NCBI GenBank assembly: GCA_028695015.1
Contig: JAQVJR010000001.1
Coordinates: forward strand, 255,297-319,296
Direction: 5' to 3'
Length of the DNA stretch: 64,000 nucleotides
Source of the DNA: Minisyncoccota bacterium
Lineage (GTDB): Bacteria; Patescibacteriota; Minisyncoccia; UBA6257
The notes below the pieces were generated by a model, which did no database searches, was not told where the DNA came from, and saw nothing but the letters and a program-made list of their open reading frames with translations. This document shows, in pieces, positions 8,891 to 17,800 of the stretch. Position numbers and translations under genes: made by a program. The first letter of the stretch is position 1. Every line of letters starts with the position of its first letter.

Positions 8891-9958
8891 TTAATAAATC
8901 ATTAAGCTCCCAATAATGCTTTCTAATTGAAAAGTGAAAAATGAAATTCCTAAAATAATAACAATTAAGCTTCTAAGAACTAATTCAGAAATACCAATAT
9001 CAATAGATTGTCTTTGCAAGACAATACCAAATAACATTATTAAACCAAAAGAGATTATGAAAACAGCGATAATTCTATTAATAATATCTATTTGGTTTCT
9101 AGTATTGTTGTTTATTTTATTTAAAATATTTTGTTGTTCTAATAATACTGTTGCCACTGGTATTTCTGGCTCAAGTTGAACAGGGCTTTCTTCTTGAGTA
9201 GTTCCTACAGGAATAGTTGGCTTGCTTGATGTAATCTCGGTTATTTCAGGGGCTGGTTGTTCTTGTTCAGCTAAAACTTCACTAGGAGCTTGCTCAGAAG
9301 GTTTTTCTATGTGTTGTTCTGGAGGAATCACAGTTTCTTTTTCTGGGATTGTTTCTGGTTCTTGTGCTAAAGCTATTGGCGTTGAGGGTTGGTGTTTTTT
9401 AGTGCCAAATAATTGAACCACTAAGATTCTATTAATCCCTTCTTTATTAAAATCACCAGAGATAACAGCAATACCCATTTCCTGATAGTTTTTATTTAAA
9501 AGATTATCTCGATGGCTAGGAGAATTAAACCAACCTTTTATAACTTCTTCACTATCTAAGAAATTCATTGCTAAATTCTCTCCTGCATAATAATAATCAT
9601 ATCCAGCTTTGTCTATCCAAAACCAAGGGGAAATTCCTGCAGGACTAAAATGACTAAAATAAGAATGTTGCAACATATCTTCTGCTTTGTATTTCGCAGC
9701 TTGATTTAATAAAGAATTTTCTAAAACTGGCGCTAAACCACTTTGTTTTCTAATGTCATTGGTTAATTGGAAAATTTCCTGAGCGCTTACATCAGCAAAA
9801 AGAGAAGATTGTTTTACTAAAATAAGGTTAAAACTAAAGATAACCTTGACTAATAAAAATAAAAGAATAAATATGGAAATAGCCCGATCACTTAAAATAC
9901 CGGGGTGAAAACCATTTTCTTTTGTAGGCCAAAACCAATTTTTTATTCGTTTAAACAT
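8891..9958 (-). CDS. CAP/SCP-domain membrane protein
   Basis: LTNDIR, YFSH, AGENLA, WFNSPSHRDNLL; Pro/Glu linker and C-terminal TM helices. Confidence 0.9.
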   Translation of the reverse strand: MFKRIKNWFWPTKENGFHPGILSDRAISIFILLFLLVKVIFSFNLILVKQSSLFADVSAQEIFQLTNDIRKQSGLAPVLENSLLNQAAKYKAEDMLQHSYFSHFSPAGISPWFWIDKAGYDYYYAGENLAMNFLDSEEVIKGWFNSPSHRDNLLNKNYQEMGIAVISGDFNKEGINRILVVQLFGTKKHQPSTPIALAQEPETIPEKETVIPPEQHIEKPSEQAPSEVLAEQEQPAPEITEITSSKPTIPVGTTQEESPVQLEPEIPVATVLLEQQNILNKINNNTRNQIDIINRIIAVFIISFGLIMLFGIVLQRQSIDIGISELVLRSLIVIILGISFFTFQLESIIGSLMIY

Positions 9959-10103
9959 TTTTCTAAAATTGATATTTTACTCTTTTTAATTATATAGAAT
10001 AAATTGATTAATTCAAAGAAAGATTAATCCCTGAACCGATATATTTTAAATTATACCATATTTTACCAAGACTGGCAATAGTAAGTTAATAAGTATTTAA
10101 ATG

Positions 10104-10132
10104 AAAAACCCGTTCATTTATTGAACGGGTTT
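10104..10132 (-). terminator. Intrinsic terminator of lipoprotein gene A
   Basis: Minus strand AAACCCGTTCA-ataaa-TGAACGGGTTTTT just after the stop. Confidence 0.8.
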
Positions 10133-10138
10133 AAGTTG

Positions 10139-10483
10139 CTACCAATATGTAAAATACAAAGTATTACCACCAGGATTTAAGTAGATATGCTGCACATGTG
10201 AAAAGCATGGGCCGCTATCTACTACGTATACTTTAACCATCTGGTTGCATGGCAAATTTTCGAATCGAATATTTGGAGAATATTCAAAATCGATGTATTT
10301 GCCAGTGTTTTGATCATTAAGGTATACATATCCGTATACATTGCTGGTATATGTGGCAATAACAGTCAAACTACATTTAGGGGTAGGTGACGGACAGGTA
10401 ATACAGGGACCACAACAGTAGCACCCATTTAAACAAACCAAGCTAATAAAAATAATTATTAACAAGACAGCTTTATTTTTCAT
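10139..10483 (-). CDS. Small Cys-rich lipoprotein (module copy A)
   Basis: MKNK + hydrophobic core + LNGC lipobox; AAAGGA SD upstream; beta-rich C-terminal domain. Confidence 0.7.
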   Translation of the reverse strand: MKNKAVLLIIIFISLVCLNGCYCCGPCITCPSPTPKCSLTVIATYTSNVYGYVYLNDQNTGKYIDFEYSPNIRFENLPCNQMVKVYVVDSGPCFSHVQHIYLNPGGNTLYFTYW

Positions 10484-10551
10484 TTCAGCTCAATTCCTTT
10501 CTTTCTAATTTTTTTTTATTTAATATTTAAAATTGTCAAAATGCTAAACAA

Positions 10552-10580
10552 ATTATAACTATAAAATTATAATTTGTCAA
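10552..10580 (-). promoter_or_regulatory. Sigma70-type promoter P2 of module A
   Basis: TTGACA-N17-TATAAT. Confidence 0.75.
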
Positions 10581-10613
10581 GTCTACTTAATAATCTTATA
10601 CTAAAAGTTTAAT

Positions 10614-10661
10614 AAAAAAATGCTGCCACCTATTGAAGCAAGCTTCTCTAAGTGACAGCAT
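10614..10661 (-). ncRNA. Putative small hairpin RNA/terminator, copy A
   Basis: ATGCTGTC-ACTTA-ga-GAAG-cttg-CTTC-aa-TAGGT-GGCAGCAT followed by a U-tract, directly after promoter P1; homologous to 56233-56273. Confidence 0.65.
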
Positions 10662-10665
10662 TCTC

Positions 10666-10693
10666 AGTATAACAAATGGAAAATATTTGTCAA
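10666..10693 (-). promoter_or_regulatory. Sigma70-type promoter P1 of module A
   Basis: TTGACA-aatattttccattTGt-TATACT (16-nt spacer, extended -10). Confidence 0.75.
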
Positions 10694-10709
10694 GTCTTTT
10701 ATTTTAATC

Positions 10710-12446
10710 CTAAATTTCTTTTAAAACTTGAATACCTAATACTTGTAAACCGTTTTTTAAAACCTGGGTAATGATTTGTAAAAGATTTAATTGAGCTTGA
10801 AGGCGATTTTTATTTTCTTCTTTAAGCACCGGGACTGATTCATAGTATTGATTAGATAAATCAGCAAGAGATAATAAATAAGTAGCTAAATAATTTGGTG
10901 CATATTTTTCAGCGCTTAATTCTATTATTTCTGGAAATTCAGATAATTTTTTAATAAGTTGAATTTCCAAAGAACTATTTAATAATAAATAATTTGGTTT
11001 AATGTTTTTAGTTTTTTTAGCTTTAACAAGAATTTTATTTATCCGAGCATAAGTATACTGAAGATAAACACTAGTGTTTCCAGAAAAATCAAGCATTTTA
11101 TCCCAGTCAAAAACAACATCAAGGGCACGAAATGATTTTAAGTCATTAAACTTTAAAGCACCAAGGGCAATAACTTGAGCCAATTCCTCTTGTTTTTTTA
11201 ATGGCCAGTCAGTTTTTTTCTTTTTAACTATATCCAAAGATTTTTCAATTGCTTCATTAATTACTTGATCTAAGGAAATTAACTCACCTTCTCTTGTAGA
11301 AAACTTTTTCTTTTCCGTTGATAAAACTAAGCCAAATTTTACATGAGTTAATTCAGTTTCTTGTTTTGGAAAAAGTATTTTTGCTAAAGTAAAAACTTGT
11401 TTAAAATGCATGTCTTGTTCATTGCCAACAACATAAAGAATTTTTTCTGGTTGGTATTTTTTAAAACGATAAGAAATTAAAGCTAAATCACGAGTAAGAT
11501 ATAAAGAAGCTTCATCTGATTTTTGAATCAGGGCTGGAGGTAGGCCATATTTTTCTAAAGGAATAATTATGGCTCCTTGGCTTTCTTGGGTCAATTCTTT
11601 CTTGTGCAAGGAATCTATTAAAGGAAGGAGATCTTTCTCAAAAAAACTCTCACTAATAAAAAGATCAAATTTAATATTTAAAAGGTTATAGATTTTTTCA
11701 AATTCTTTTAAAGATTCTTTTTTAAACCAAAGCCATATTTTTCTATTTTCTTTATTGCCTTGTTCTAGTTTTTTAAATTCTTGTTGGCCAAATTTTTCTA
11801 ATTCTGGATTCTTTTTTAATTCTTGATGGAATTTTCTGTATAGATGAAGAAGGGTAGTAATAGGCGCTTTTTCGATTTCCTTTTTATTGCCCCAGAGTTT
11901 ATATGCAGCAATTAATTTTCCAAATTGAGTTCCCCAATCACCAAGATAATTCCAGCGAATTACTTGATAACCTAAGCATTCATAAAGATTAGCTAAAGAT
12001 TCACCGATAATCGTTGAACGTAAATGCCCTATATGCATTGGCTTGGCAATATTAGGTGATGAATAATCAATAATAATTTTTTCTTTTTTTCCTTTTTTAG
12101 AAAAACCAAAGGATTCTTTATCTTTAAAAATTTTCTCTAATTGTTTTTGAATAAATATTGGATTAAGGTAAAAATTAATAAAACCATTTCTGGCTATTTC
12201 GATTTTTAATATCTTATTTGGTAATAGTAAATTCATTTCCTTTACTAAAATTTCAGCAATTTCTAAAGGAGATTTTTTAATATCTTTGCTGATTAAAAAA
12301 GCAATGGTAGTACTATAATCTCCAAATTGTTGAATAGTAGGAGTTTCCAAAGGAATGTCATTAATAGATAACAGGGGCCAATTGTTCTTTTTAGCTATTT
12401 TTTTAAAAGATTGATGAATATATTTTTTAATTTCTGATTTGAGCAT
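10710..12446 (-). CDS. argS: Arginine--tRNA ligase
   Basis: FGDYST, DYSSPNIAKPMHIGHLRSTIIG, GDWGTQFG, YLQYTYAR. Confidence 0.97.
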   Translation of the reverse strand: MLKSEIKKYIHQSFKKIAKKNNWPLLSINDIPLETPTIQQFGDYSTTIAFLISKDIKKSPLEIAEILVKEMNLLLPNKILKIEIARNGFINFYLNPIFIQKQLEKIFKDKESFGFSKKGKKEKIIIDYSSPNIAKPMHIGHLRSTIIGESLANLYECLGYQVIRWNYLGDWGTQFGKLIAAYKLWGNKKEIEKAPITTLLHLYRKFHQELKKNPELEKFGQQEFKKLEQGNKENRKIWLWFKKESLKEFEKIYNLLNIKFDLFISESFFEKDLLPLIDSLHKKELTQESQGAIIIPLEKYGLPPALIQKSDEASLYLTRDLALISYRFKKYQPEKILYVVGNEQDMHFKQVFTLAKILFPKQETELTHVKFGLVLSTEKKKFSTREGELISLDQVINEAIEKSLDIVKKKKTDWPLKKQEELAQVIALGALKFNDLKSFRALDVVFDWDKMLDFSGNTSVYLQYTYARINKILVKAKKTKNIKPNYLLLNSSLEIQLIKKLSEFPEIIELSAEKYAPNYLATYLLSLADLSNQYYESVPVLKEENKNRLQAQLNLLQIITQVLKNGLQVLGIQVLKEI

Positions 12447-12461
12447 TTTTATAACGAGTAT

Positions 12462-13235
12462 TTAAATTAAAATTAAAATACCAAGGATTAATAAGTAAAA
12501 AGAAAACCAAAAGAATTTTCCTTTTTGCAATATCTTGGATAAAACTTTTAAGCTGATAATTCCAATAATAAAAGCAATTAAAGTTCCTAAGGCGTAAAGA
12601 AGATAATTGTTTTGTGCTTGTTGCATTAGGCTTGGTACTTGTAAAACAAAAGCGCCTAAAATAGCAGGGATTGCTAAAAGAAAAGAAAACTCATAAGCAG
12701 TTTTTGGTTCTAGTTTTCTAAATAAACCAGCAGTAATTGTCATTCCAGATCGAGAAATACCAGGAAATAGCGCTATTGCTTGAGCCATGCCTATTATTAA
12801 AGCATCTAGGGAAGAAATATTTTCTATATCAATTTGATTTTGTTGATCCTTTTCAGAGAGTTTGTTTGCAAATCTAGTTAAGAAAAGAAACAGAGCAGTT
12901 ATTAAAAAAGCAAAACCAATAAATCTTAAAGAACTAAATTTAGTTTCAATAAATGATTTGAAAAGCAAACCAAAAATTGCAGCTGGTAAAGTGCCAATAA
13001 TAAGTAGTTTAATTATTTTCCAGTTTTTATTTATAATAATTGCTTTAATGTCTTTGTAGAATATTACTAAGATAGCACCTAAAGTACCAAAATGCAGTAA
13101 GATATCAAAGGCAATAGAAGATTCTGGTAATTGCCAAATAGTTTGAAGAACAGCTAAGTGACCAGAACTAGAAACAGGCAAGAGCTCTGTTATTCCTTGC
13201 ACGATGCCCAAAATAATTGTTTGAAATAAATTCAT
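12462..13235 (-). CDS. uppP: Undecaprenyl-diphosphate phosphatase
   Basis: GIVQGITELLPVSSSGH, PGISRSG, FSFLLAIP. Confidence 0.96.
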   Translation of the reverse strand: MNLFQTIILGIVQGITELLPVSSSGHLAVLQTIWQLPESSIAFDILLHFGTLGAILVIFYKDIKAIIINKNWKIIKLLIIGTLPAAIFGLLFKSFIETKFSSLRFIGFAFLITALFLFLTRFANKLSEKDQQNQIDIENISSLDALIIGMAQAIALFPGISRSGMTITAGLFRKLEPKTAYEFSFLLAIPAILGAFVLQVPSLMQQAQNNYLLYALGTLIAFIIGIISLKVLSKILQKGKFFWFSFYLLILGILILI

Positions 13236-13247
13236 AATATTATTAAG

Positions 13248-13320
13248 TCGGGGTGGTGGGATTTGAACCCACGATCTCAGCGTCCCGAACGCTGCGTGTT
13301 AGCCTCTGCACTACGCCCCG
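13248..13320 (-). tRNA. tRNA-Pro(CGG)
   Basis: Cloverleaf; CAGCG-ttcggga-CGCTG; C1-G72, A73; one acceptor-stem mismatch (C6/A67). Confidence 0.92.
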
Positions 13321-14810
13321 TTGTTTACATAGTATTTTTTCTTAATTTTTATTTCCTCTTCTTCTAAGAGATTTTGATATTTTTCTTCAGCAATTTTTCT
13401 TTTTTTAATCAATTCTTTTTCCGGTAATTTTATTATTTGTTTAGCAATTTTCTCTAAATCTTTCTTATTGTTTTTTTTAGGATCATCCAAGACTTCTTCT
13501 AAGAGAATGCTTAAAACAGCTCCAATCTTTGGTCCTGGTTGTAGTTTTAGGTTTTTAATAAGATCATTGCCATTTATTTTTAAAATCTTTAAAGAAGGTT
13601 GATTTCCTTCTAGTTCTTGTAAAACTTTTTCTACACGAAAAAGAAAATGGCGTAAACGAAAAGGTAAGGCTTTAGGACATCCAGAACCAATACGGTCTGC
13701 TTCTCTTACTTGGGCTAATTCTTGGATGTTTTCTTTCCCAACCTTGACTAATAATCTTCGGACCGCAGCATCAGTAGTAATTTCTGGATCATAAACAAAT
13801 TGATGGTAGCGAATTAGCTTAAGAGTTTTTTCTGAAATAGATTTTGGGAATTTTAGTCGATTAAAGATTCTAGCTGAGATTTTAGTTCCCACCCATTCAT
13901 GATTATAAAAAGTAGAATCTATTCCCTCGCCCTGCTTAACCTGAGGTTTACCAATATCATGGAATAAGCTGGCTAATTTCACTTCTAAACTAAAATCTTT
14001 CTTTGCTGCATAATCCAAAGAACGCCATAAATGTTCCCAAACAGTATAAATATGATGTTTATTTTGAGTAACCCCTATTGATTCTTCTAATTCTGGAATG
14101 ATTTCTTTTAATAGATTAGTTTCTTTTAATAACAAGACTCCTTGAGCAGCTTGTCGAGTATTAATAATCTTAATAAATTCATCACGAATTCTCTCCTTGG
14201 AGATAAAAGACAAAAGTGAAGAATTTGCTTTGATAGCTTTTTGAGTCTTAGGTTCAATTTTAAAATTCAATTCGCAAGCTAAACGAATAGCTCGCATTAA
14301 TCTTAATCCATCTTCTTGGAAACGATTTGCTGGATCTCCAACTGTTCGGATAATCTTGTTTTTTAAGTCTTTTTGTCCATCATATAAATCTATAATTTGA
14401 AATTTTGGTTTTTGGCTTTTAGAGGTTTCAATTCTTAAAGCTATAGCATTAATAGTAAAATCACGACGGCAAAGATCTTCTTCTATTGTTTTTGCAAATT
14501 GAATCTTGTCCGGATGTCTTTTATCAGTGTATTTTCCTTCTTTTCGGAAAGTGGTAATTTCTATTATCTTTAAAGTTGGGTCTTTTGACCTTGTTTTTAC
14601 TGCTATGGTACCAAAATTATTCTCATACAAACTATCAGGAAAAATTGCTTGAATTTGTTCAGGTAGGGCATTAGTGGCAATATCCCAATCTTTAGGTTTT
14701 TGAGCAGGATGAATAAGCAGGTCTCTGACACAGCCACCAACAATATAGGCTTCAAAATTAGCTTTAGTAAGCTTTTCTAAGATGTTTAAAATTTCTTTAG
14801 GGATTTGCAT
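13311..14810 (-). CDS. cca: CCA tRNA nucleotidyltransferase with HD domain
   Basis: VGGCVRD, DWDIAT, DLCRRDFTINA, RFQEDGLR, ERIRDEF, FHDIGK. Confidence 0.93.
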   Translation of the reverse strand: MQIPKEILNILEKLTKANFEAYIVGGCVRDLLIHPAQKPKDWDIATNALPEQIQAIFPDSLYENNFGTIAVKTRSKDPTLKIIEITTFRKEGKYTDKRHPDKIQFAKTIEEDLCRRDFTINAIALRIETSKSQKPKFQIIDLYDGQKDLKNKIIRTVGDPANRFQEDGLRLMRAIRLACELNFKIEPKTQKAIKANSSLLSFISKERIRDEFIKIINTRQAAQGVLLLKETNLLKEIIPELEESIGVTQNKHHIYTVWEHLWRSLDYAAKKDFSLEVKLASLFHDIGKPQVKQGEGIDSTFYNHEWVGTKISARIFNRLKFPKSISEKTLKLIRYHQFVYDPEITTDAAVRRLLVKVGKENIQELAQVREADRIGSGCPKALPFRLRHFLFRVEKVLQELEGNQPSLKILKINGNDLIKNLKLQPGPKIGAVLSILLEEVLDDPKKNNKKDLEKIAKQIIKLPEKELIKKRKIAEEKYQNLLEEEEIKIKKKYYVNNGA

Positions 14811-14889
14811 AATTACGGATTTTTCATTATAATTAAAAAACTAAAGATTCTTCTTTAATCATAGAGCAAAACACTCTATTTTTCAATGA

Positions 14890-14963
14890 GCCCTCGTGGT
14901 GTAACTGGATAACATTTCTGTCTTCGGAACAGAAGATTGCAGGTTCGACTCCTGCCGAGGGCA
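14890..14963 (+). tRNA. tRNA-Arg(TCG)
   Basis: Cloverleaf; TCTGT-cttcgga-ACAGA. Confidence 0.93.
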
Positions 14964-14968
14964 CAGAT

Positions 14969-15039
14969 GCCCCTATAACTCAACGGCAGAGTAGTGGCCT
15001 CTTAAGCCATTAGTCCAGGTTCGAATCCTGGTAGGGGCA
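14969..15039 (+). tRNA. tRNA-Lys(CTT)
   Basis: Cloverleaf; GTGGC-ctcttaa-GCCAT. Confidence 0.93.
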
Positions 15040-15049
15040 CGACCATTTT

Positions 15050-15131
15050 GGAGGAGTGGCAGAATGGTAATGCGCCAGTCTTGAAAACTGGTGCCCGTAA
15101 GGGCTTGCAGGTTCGAGTCCTGTCTCCTCCG
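15050..15131 (+). tRNA. tRNA-Ser(TGA)
   Basis: CCAGT-cttgaaa-ACTGG, long variable arm, G73. Confidence 0.95.
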
Positions 15132-15146
15132 CTTATTTTATTTATT

Positions 15147-16625
15147 ATGAAAAACAAAGGCATACAATCAGGCTTAATTTCCCGTCCCCCAGTTATTGTG
15201 GTTTTGGGTCATGTTGATCATGGAAAAACTAGTCTTTTAGATTATATTAAAAAAACAAAGATTGTTGATGAAGAAACAGGAGGAATTACTCAGCACATAG
15301 GAGCTTATGAGATAGAGGTTGATAAACATAAAATTACCTTTATTGACACTCCAGGACATGAAGCTTTTTTTAAGATTCGTTCTCGTGGAGCTAAGGTTGC
15401 TGATATTGCAATTCTAGTTGTTGCTGCAGAAGAAGGTATTAAATTACAAACAAAAGAATCTTTTGATATTATTAAAAATGCAGAAATTCCTTTTATTGTT
15501 GCTTTAACTAAAATAGACAAACCTACAGCTAATTTAGAAAAAGTTAAAAATGAATTAAGTGAATTAGGTATTTTGCTAGAAGGGCGTGGCGGAGATGTGC
15601 CTTGTGTTGGAGTTTCTTCAAAAACTGGAGAAGGGGTTGATGAGCTTTTAGAATTAGTGATTCTTTTATCAGAAATGCAAGAACTAAAAGCCAATCCTAA
15701 TAATGCAGCCTCAGGCATTGTAATAGAATCTCATCTGGATCGTTTTAGAGGCAATACAGCCAGTTTGGTTATCACTGATGGTACTCTTTACTTAAGGGAT
15801 GAAATCATAGTAGGAAATGTTTCAGGTAAAGTAAAAATATTAGAAAACTTTAAAGGGAAACCCATAACAAAAGCAACCTTTTCTGCACCAGTAAGAGTGG
15901 TAGGGCTTGAAGGATTGGCTCCAGTTGGTGAAATCTTTTACGCAGGAAAAACAGAAGTAGAAATATTAGAGCCTATTAAAGCATCTAGCCTGATTATTAA
16001 AGAATTGGGTGATAAAGATTCTGAAATTGAAATTCCTTTAATTATAAAAAGTGATATGGTTGGCTCAGGCGAAGCTTTGGAGGAAATTATAAAACAAATT
16101 GGTATAGATAATAAATGGCTTTTCTTGCTTTTTAAAAATGAAGTTGGTGATATATCTGAAAATGATTTTAAATTAATTCCTTCTAAAAATGCTTTAATTA
16201 TTGGTTTTCGAGTTAAAAGAAAACCTGAGATTAGTAATTTATTATTAACAAGAGATAATTTGTATTTAATTGAAGGGGATATTATTTATGAGATTAAAGA
16301 TAAAATAGAAGAAATAATAAAAAATAAATTTATAGAAAAACCTACAGAAGAAATTCTTGGTAAATTAGAAGTTTTAGCTATTTTTAATCCTATCAAAGGC
16401 AATCAATTAATTGGTGGCAAGATAATAGAAGGTAAAGCTCAAGGCAAAAATACTTTTTTCTTAGTTCGTAATGAAGAAACAATAGCTCAAGGAAGAATCT
16501 TAAATTTACAAAAAAATCGAATAGAGGCTCCAGAAGTTAAAACAGGAGAAGAATGTGGGCTTTTAGTTTCTTGTTCAAAAACCATAGAAGAAACAGATCA
16601 ACTTGTATTTTTTAGAAAAATTTAA
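15147..16625 (+). CDS. infB: Translation initiation factor IF-2, minimal form without N-terminal domains
   Basis: RPPVIVVLGHVDHGKTSLLD, GGITQHIGAY, DTPGHEAF; start moved to ATG 15147 because the track start lies in tRNA-Ser. Confidence 0.95.
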   Translation: MKNKGIQSGLISRPPVIVVLGHVDHGKTSLLDYIKKTKIVDEETGGITQHIGAYEIEVDKHKITFIDTPGHEAFFKIRSRGAKVADIAILVVAAEEGIKLQTKESFDIIKNAEIPFIVALTKIDKPTANLEKVKNELSELGILLEGRGGDVPCVGVSSKTGEGVDELLELVILLSEMQELKANPNNAASGIVIESHLDRFRGNTASLVITDGTLYLRDEIIVGNVSGKVKILENFKGKPITKATFSAPVRVVGLEGLAPVGEIFYAGKTEVEILEPIKASSLIIKELGDKDSEIEIPLIIKSDMVGSGEALEEIIKQIGIDNKWLFLLFKNEVGDISENDFKLIPSKNALIIGFRVKRKPEISNLLLTRDNLYLIEGDIIYEIKDKIEEIIKNKFIEKPTEEILGKLEVLAIFNPIKGNQLIGGKIIEGKAQGKNTFFLVRNEETIAQGRILNLQKNRIEAPEVKTGEECGLLVSCSKTIEETDQLVFFRKI

Positions 16626-16639
16626 TAAGATAAACTTGT

Positions 16640-16711
16640 GGCGCGGTGGCGAAGTGGAAACGCTGGGGTCTGCAAAACCTCGATGCGAGGGTTCGATTCC
16701 CTCCCGCGCCT
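16640..16711 (+). tRNA. tRNA-Cys(GCA)
   Basis: GGGGT-ctgcaaa-ACCTC, U73. Confidence 0.94.
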
Positions 16712-16778
16712 CAAGAAGAAAATATATAATTCCTAGAAAATTTACGTATTCTTTACCTTAATTATTAAGATATAAAAA

Positions 16779-16862
16779 GCCCAGGTGGCGGAATCGGTAT
16801 ACGCAAAGGACTTAAAATCCTTGGCTTGTATAAGCTTGTGGGTTCGAGTCCCACCCTGGGCA
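16779..16862 (+). tRNA. tRNA-Leu(TAA)
   Basis: AAGGA-cttaaaa-TCCTT, long variable arm. Confidence 0.95.
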
Positions 16863-16864
16863 CT

Positions 16865-16892
16865 AAAAAAACCCGGCTTTTGCCGGGTTTTT
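16865..16892. terminator. Bidirectional intrinsic terminator
   Basis: AAAAACCCGGC-tttt-GCCGGGTTTTT between convergent genes. Confidence 0.85.
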
Positions 16893-16907
16893 GTTTTCCT
16901 GATTTAA

Positions 16908-17441
16908 TTAATAATTTAAAATCTCAATTGTGGTTTCTTGGATTCCAAATTCTTGAGCTGAGGCTCTATCTGGAAACCAGATATCAACTCTATCATCTCC
17001 AAATCGTGAATTCATCCTGTCTTCAACTATAAATATCTTATCACCAAAGATTTCTGGAATTCTTACCTTAGTATTAAAAGATAAGAAATTAGCAGCTAAA
17101 ACTCCATCATAAACATGAGCACCAGAAGCAGTGATAAAAGGATCACCGTCTGTTTGGTCTGGAGTTGAAGAATAGGCTGTGGCATATACTTTTTTAACTT
17201 GAATTAATACTGGAGTATTAATTGGAGTAAAGAAAGTATTATTAGAGATGTAATAAGGATCAATTTCTTCTTTTGCAAGATTGTTTGTTTCAAGATCTTG
17301 TTGGATTGGTTCATTTATGCCTTGTTGAATAGTCATAAAAGGAGAACCTTCAACTAAAAATCTTGGCCAGAAGCTTATTAGACTAAAGAATAAGATAATA
17401 GCTAATAAGCCTATTTTAGACGATTCATCACTATTATTCAT
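16908..17441 (-). CDS. 3D-domain (MltA-like) cell-wall protein
   Basis: N-terminal TM; ATAYSSTPDQTDGDPFITASG, VEDRM, RVDIWF. Confidence 0.88.
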   Translation of the reverse strand: MNNSDESSKIGLLAIILFFSLISFWPRFLVEGSPFMTIQQGINEPIQQDLETNNLAKEEIDPYYISNNTFFTPINTPVLIQVKKVYATAYSSTPDQTDGDPFITASGAHVYDGVLAANFLSFNTKVRIPEIFGDKIFIVEDRMNSRFGDDRVDIWFPDRASAQEFGIQETTIEILNY

Positions 17442-17496
17442 GATTTTTGTTAGTTTGCGTATTAAAAAACTCCCTTTTTGGGAGATAACTGACTTT

Positions 17497-17524
17497 ATTT
17501 TATCATACTATGATTATTTGTCAA
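17497..17524 (-). promoter_or_regulatory. Promoter of 3D-domain gene
   Basis: TTGACA-N16 (ending TGa)-TAAAAT. Confidence 0.65.
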
Positions 17525-17646
17525 GTTTTCAAATCCAAGTTTAAATTTTAAATTTTGTAATAAATTTATTTTTTAAATCCGTTTTTTTATTCAAAAGTTG
17601 CTTTTTGAATTACTTTTAGATAAACTTAATATAAATTATATCTTAA

Positions 17647-17734
17647 GGAGGGTTGGCTGAGCGGTCCAAAGCAGCGGTTTGCTAAACCGTGGTCGTCTAA
17701 AAGCGACCCGTGGGTTCGAATCCCACACCCTCCG
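17647..17734 (+). tRNA. tRNA-Ser(GCT)
   Basis: GCGGT-ttgctaa-ACCGT, long variable arm. Confidence 0.95.
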
Positions 17735-17800
17735 CATTTCATTAATCAGATTTAAAATTTAAACTTGAGCTTAAAAATAAAAAAAGATGAATTAAATTGC

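Noticed and set aside
10465-10471. GCTGTC in early codons of lipoprotein A as a target of the hairpin RNA
   Set aside because: Only 6 nt long and has no counterpart near the start of lipoprotein B
15048-15146. N-terminal ORF-track extensions of infB, recG, the S1 protein and lgt, and ORFs at 16826, 25573 and 37889
   Set aside because: They are translations of tRNA genes
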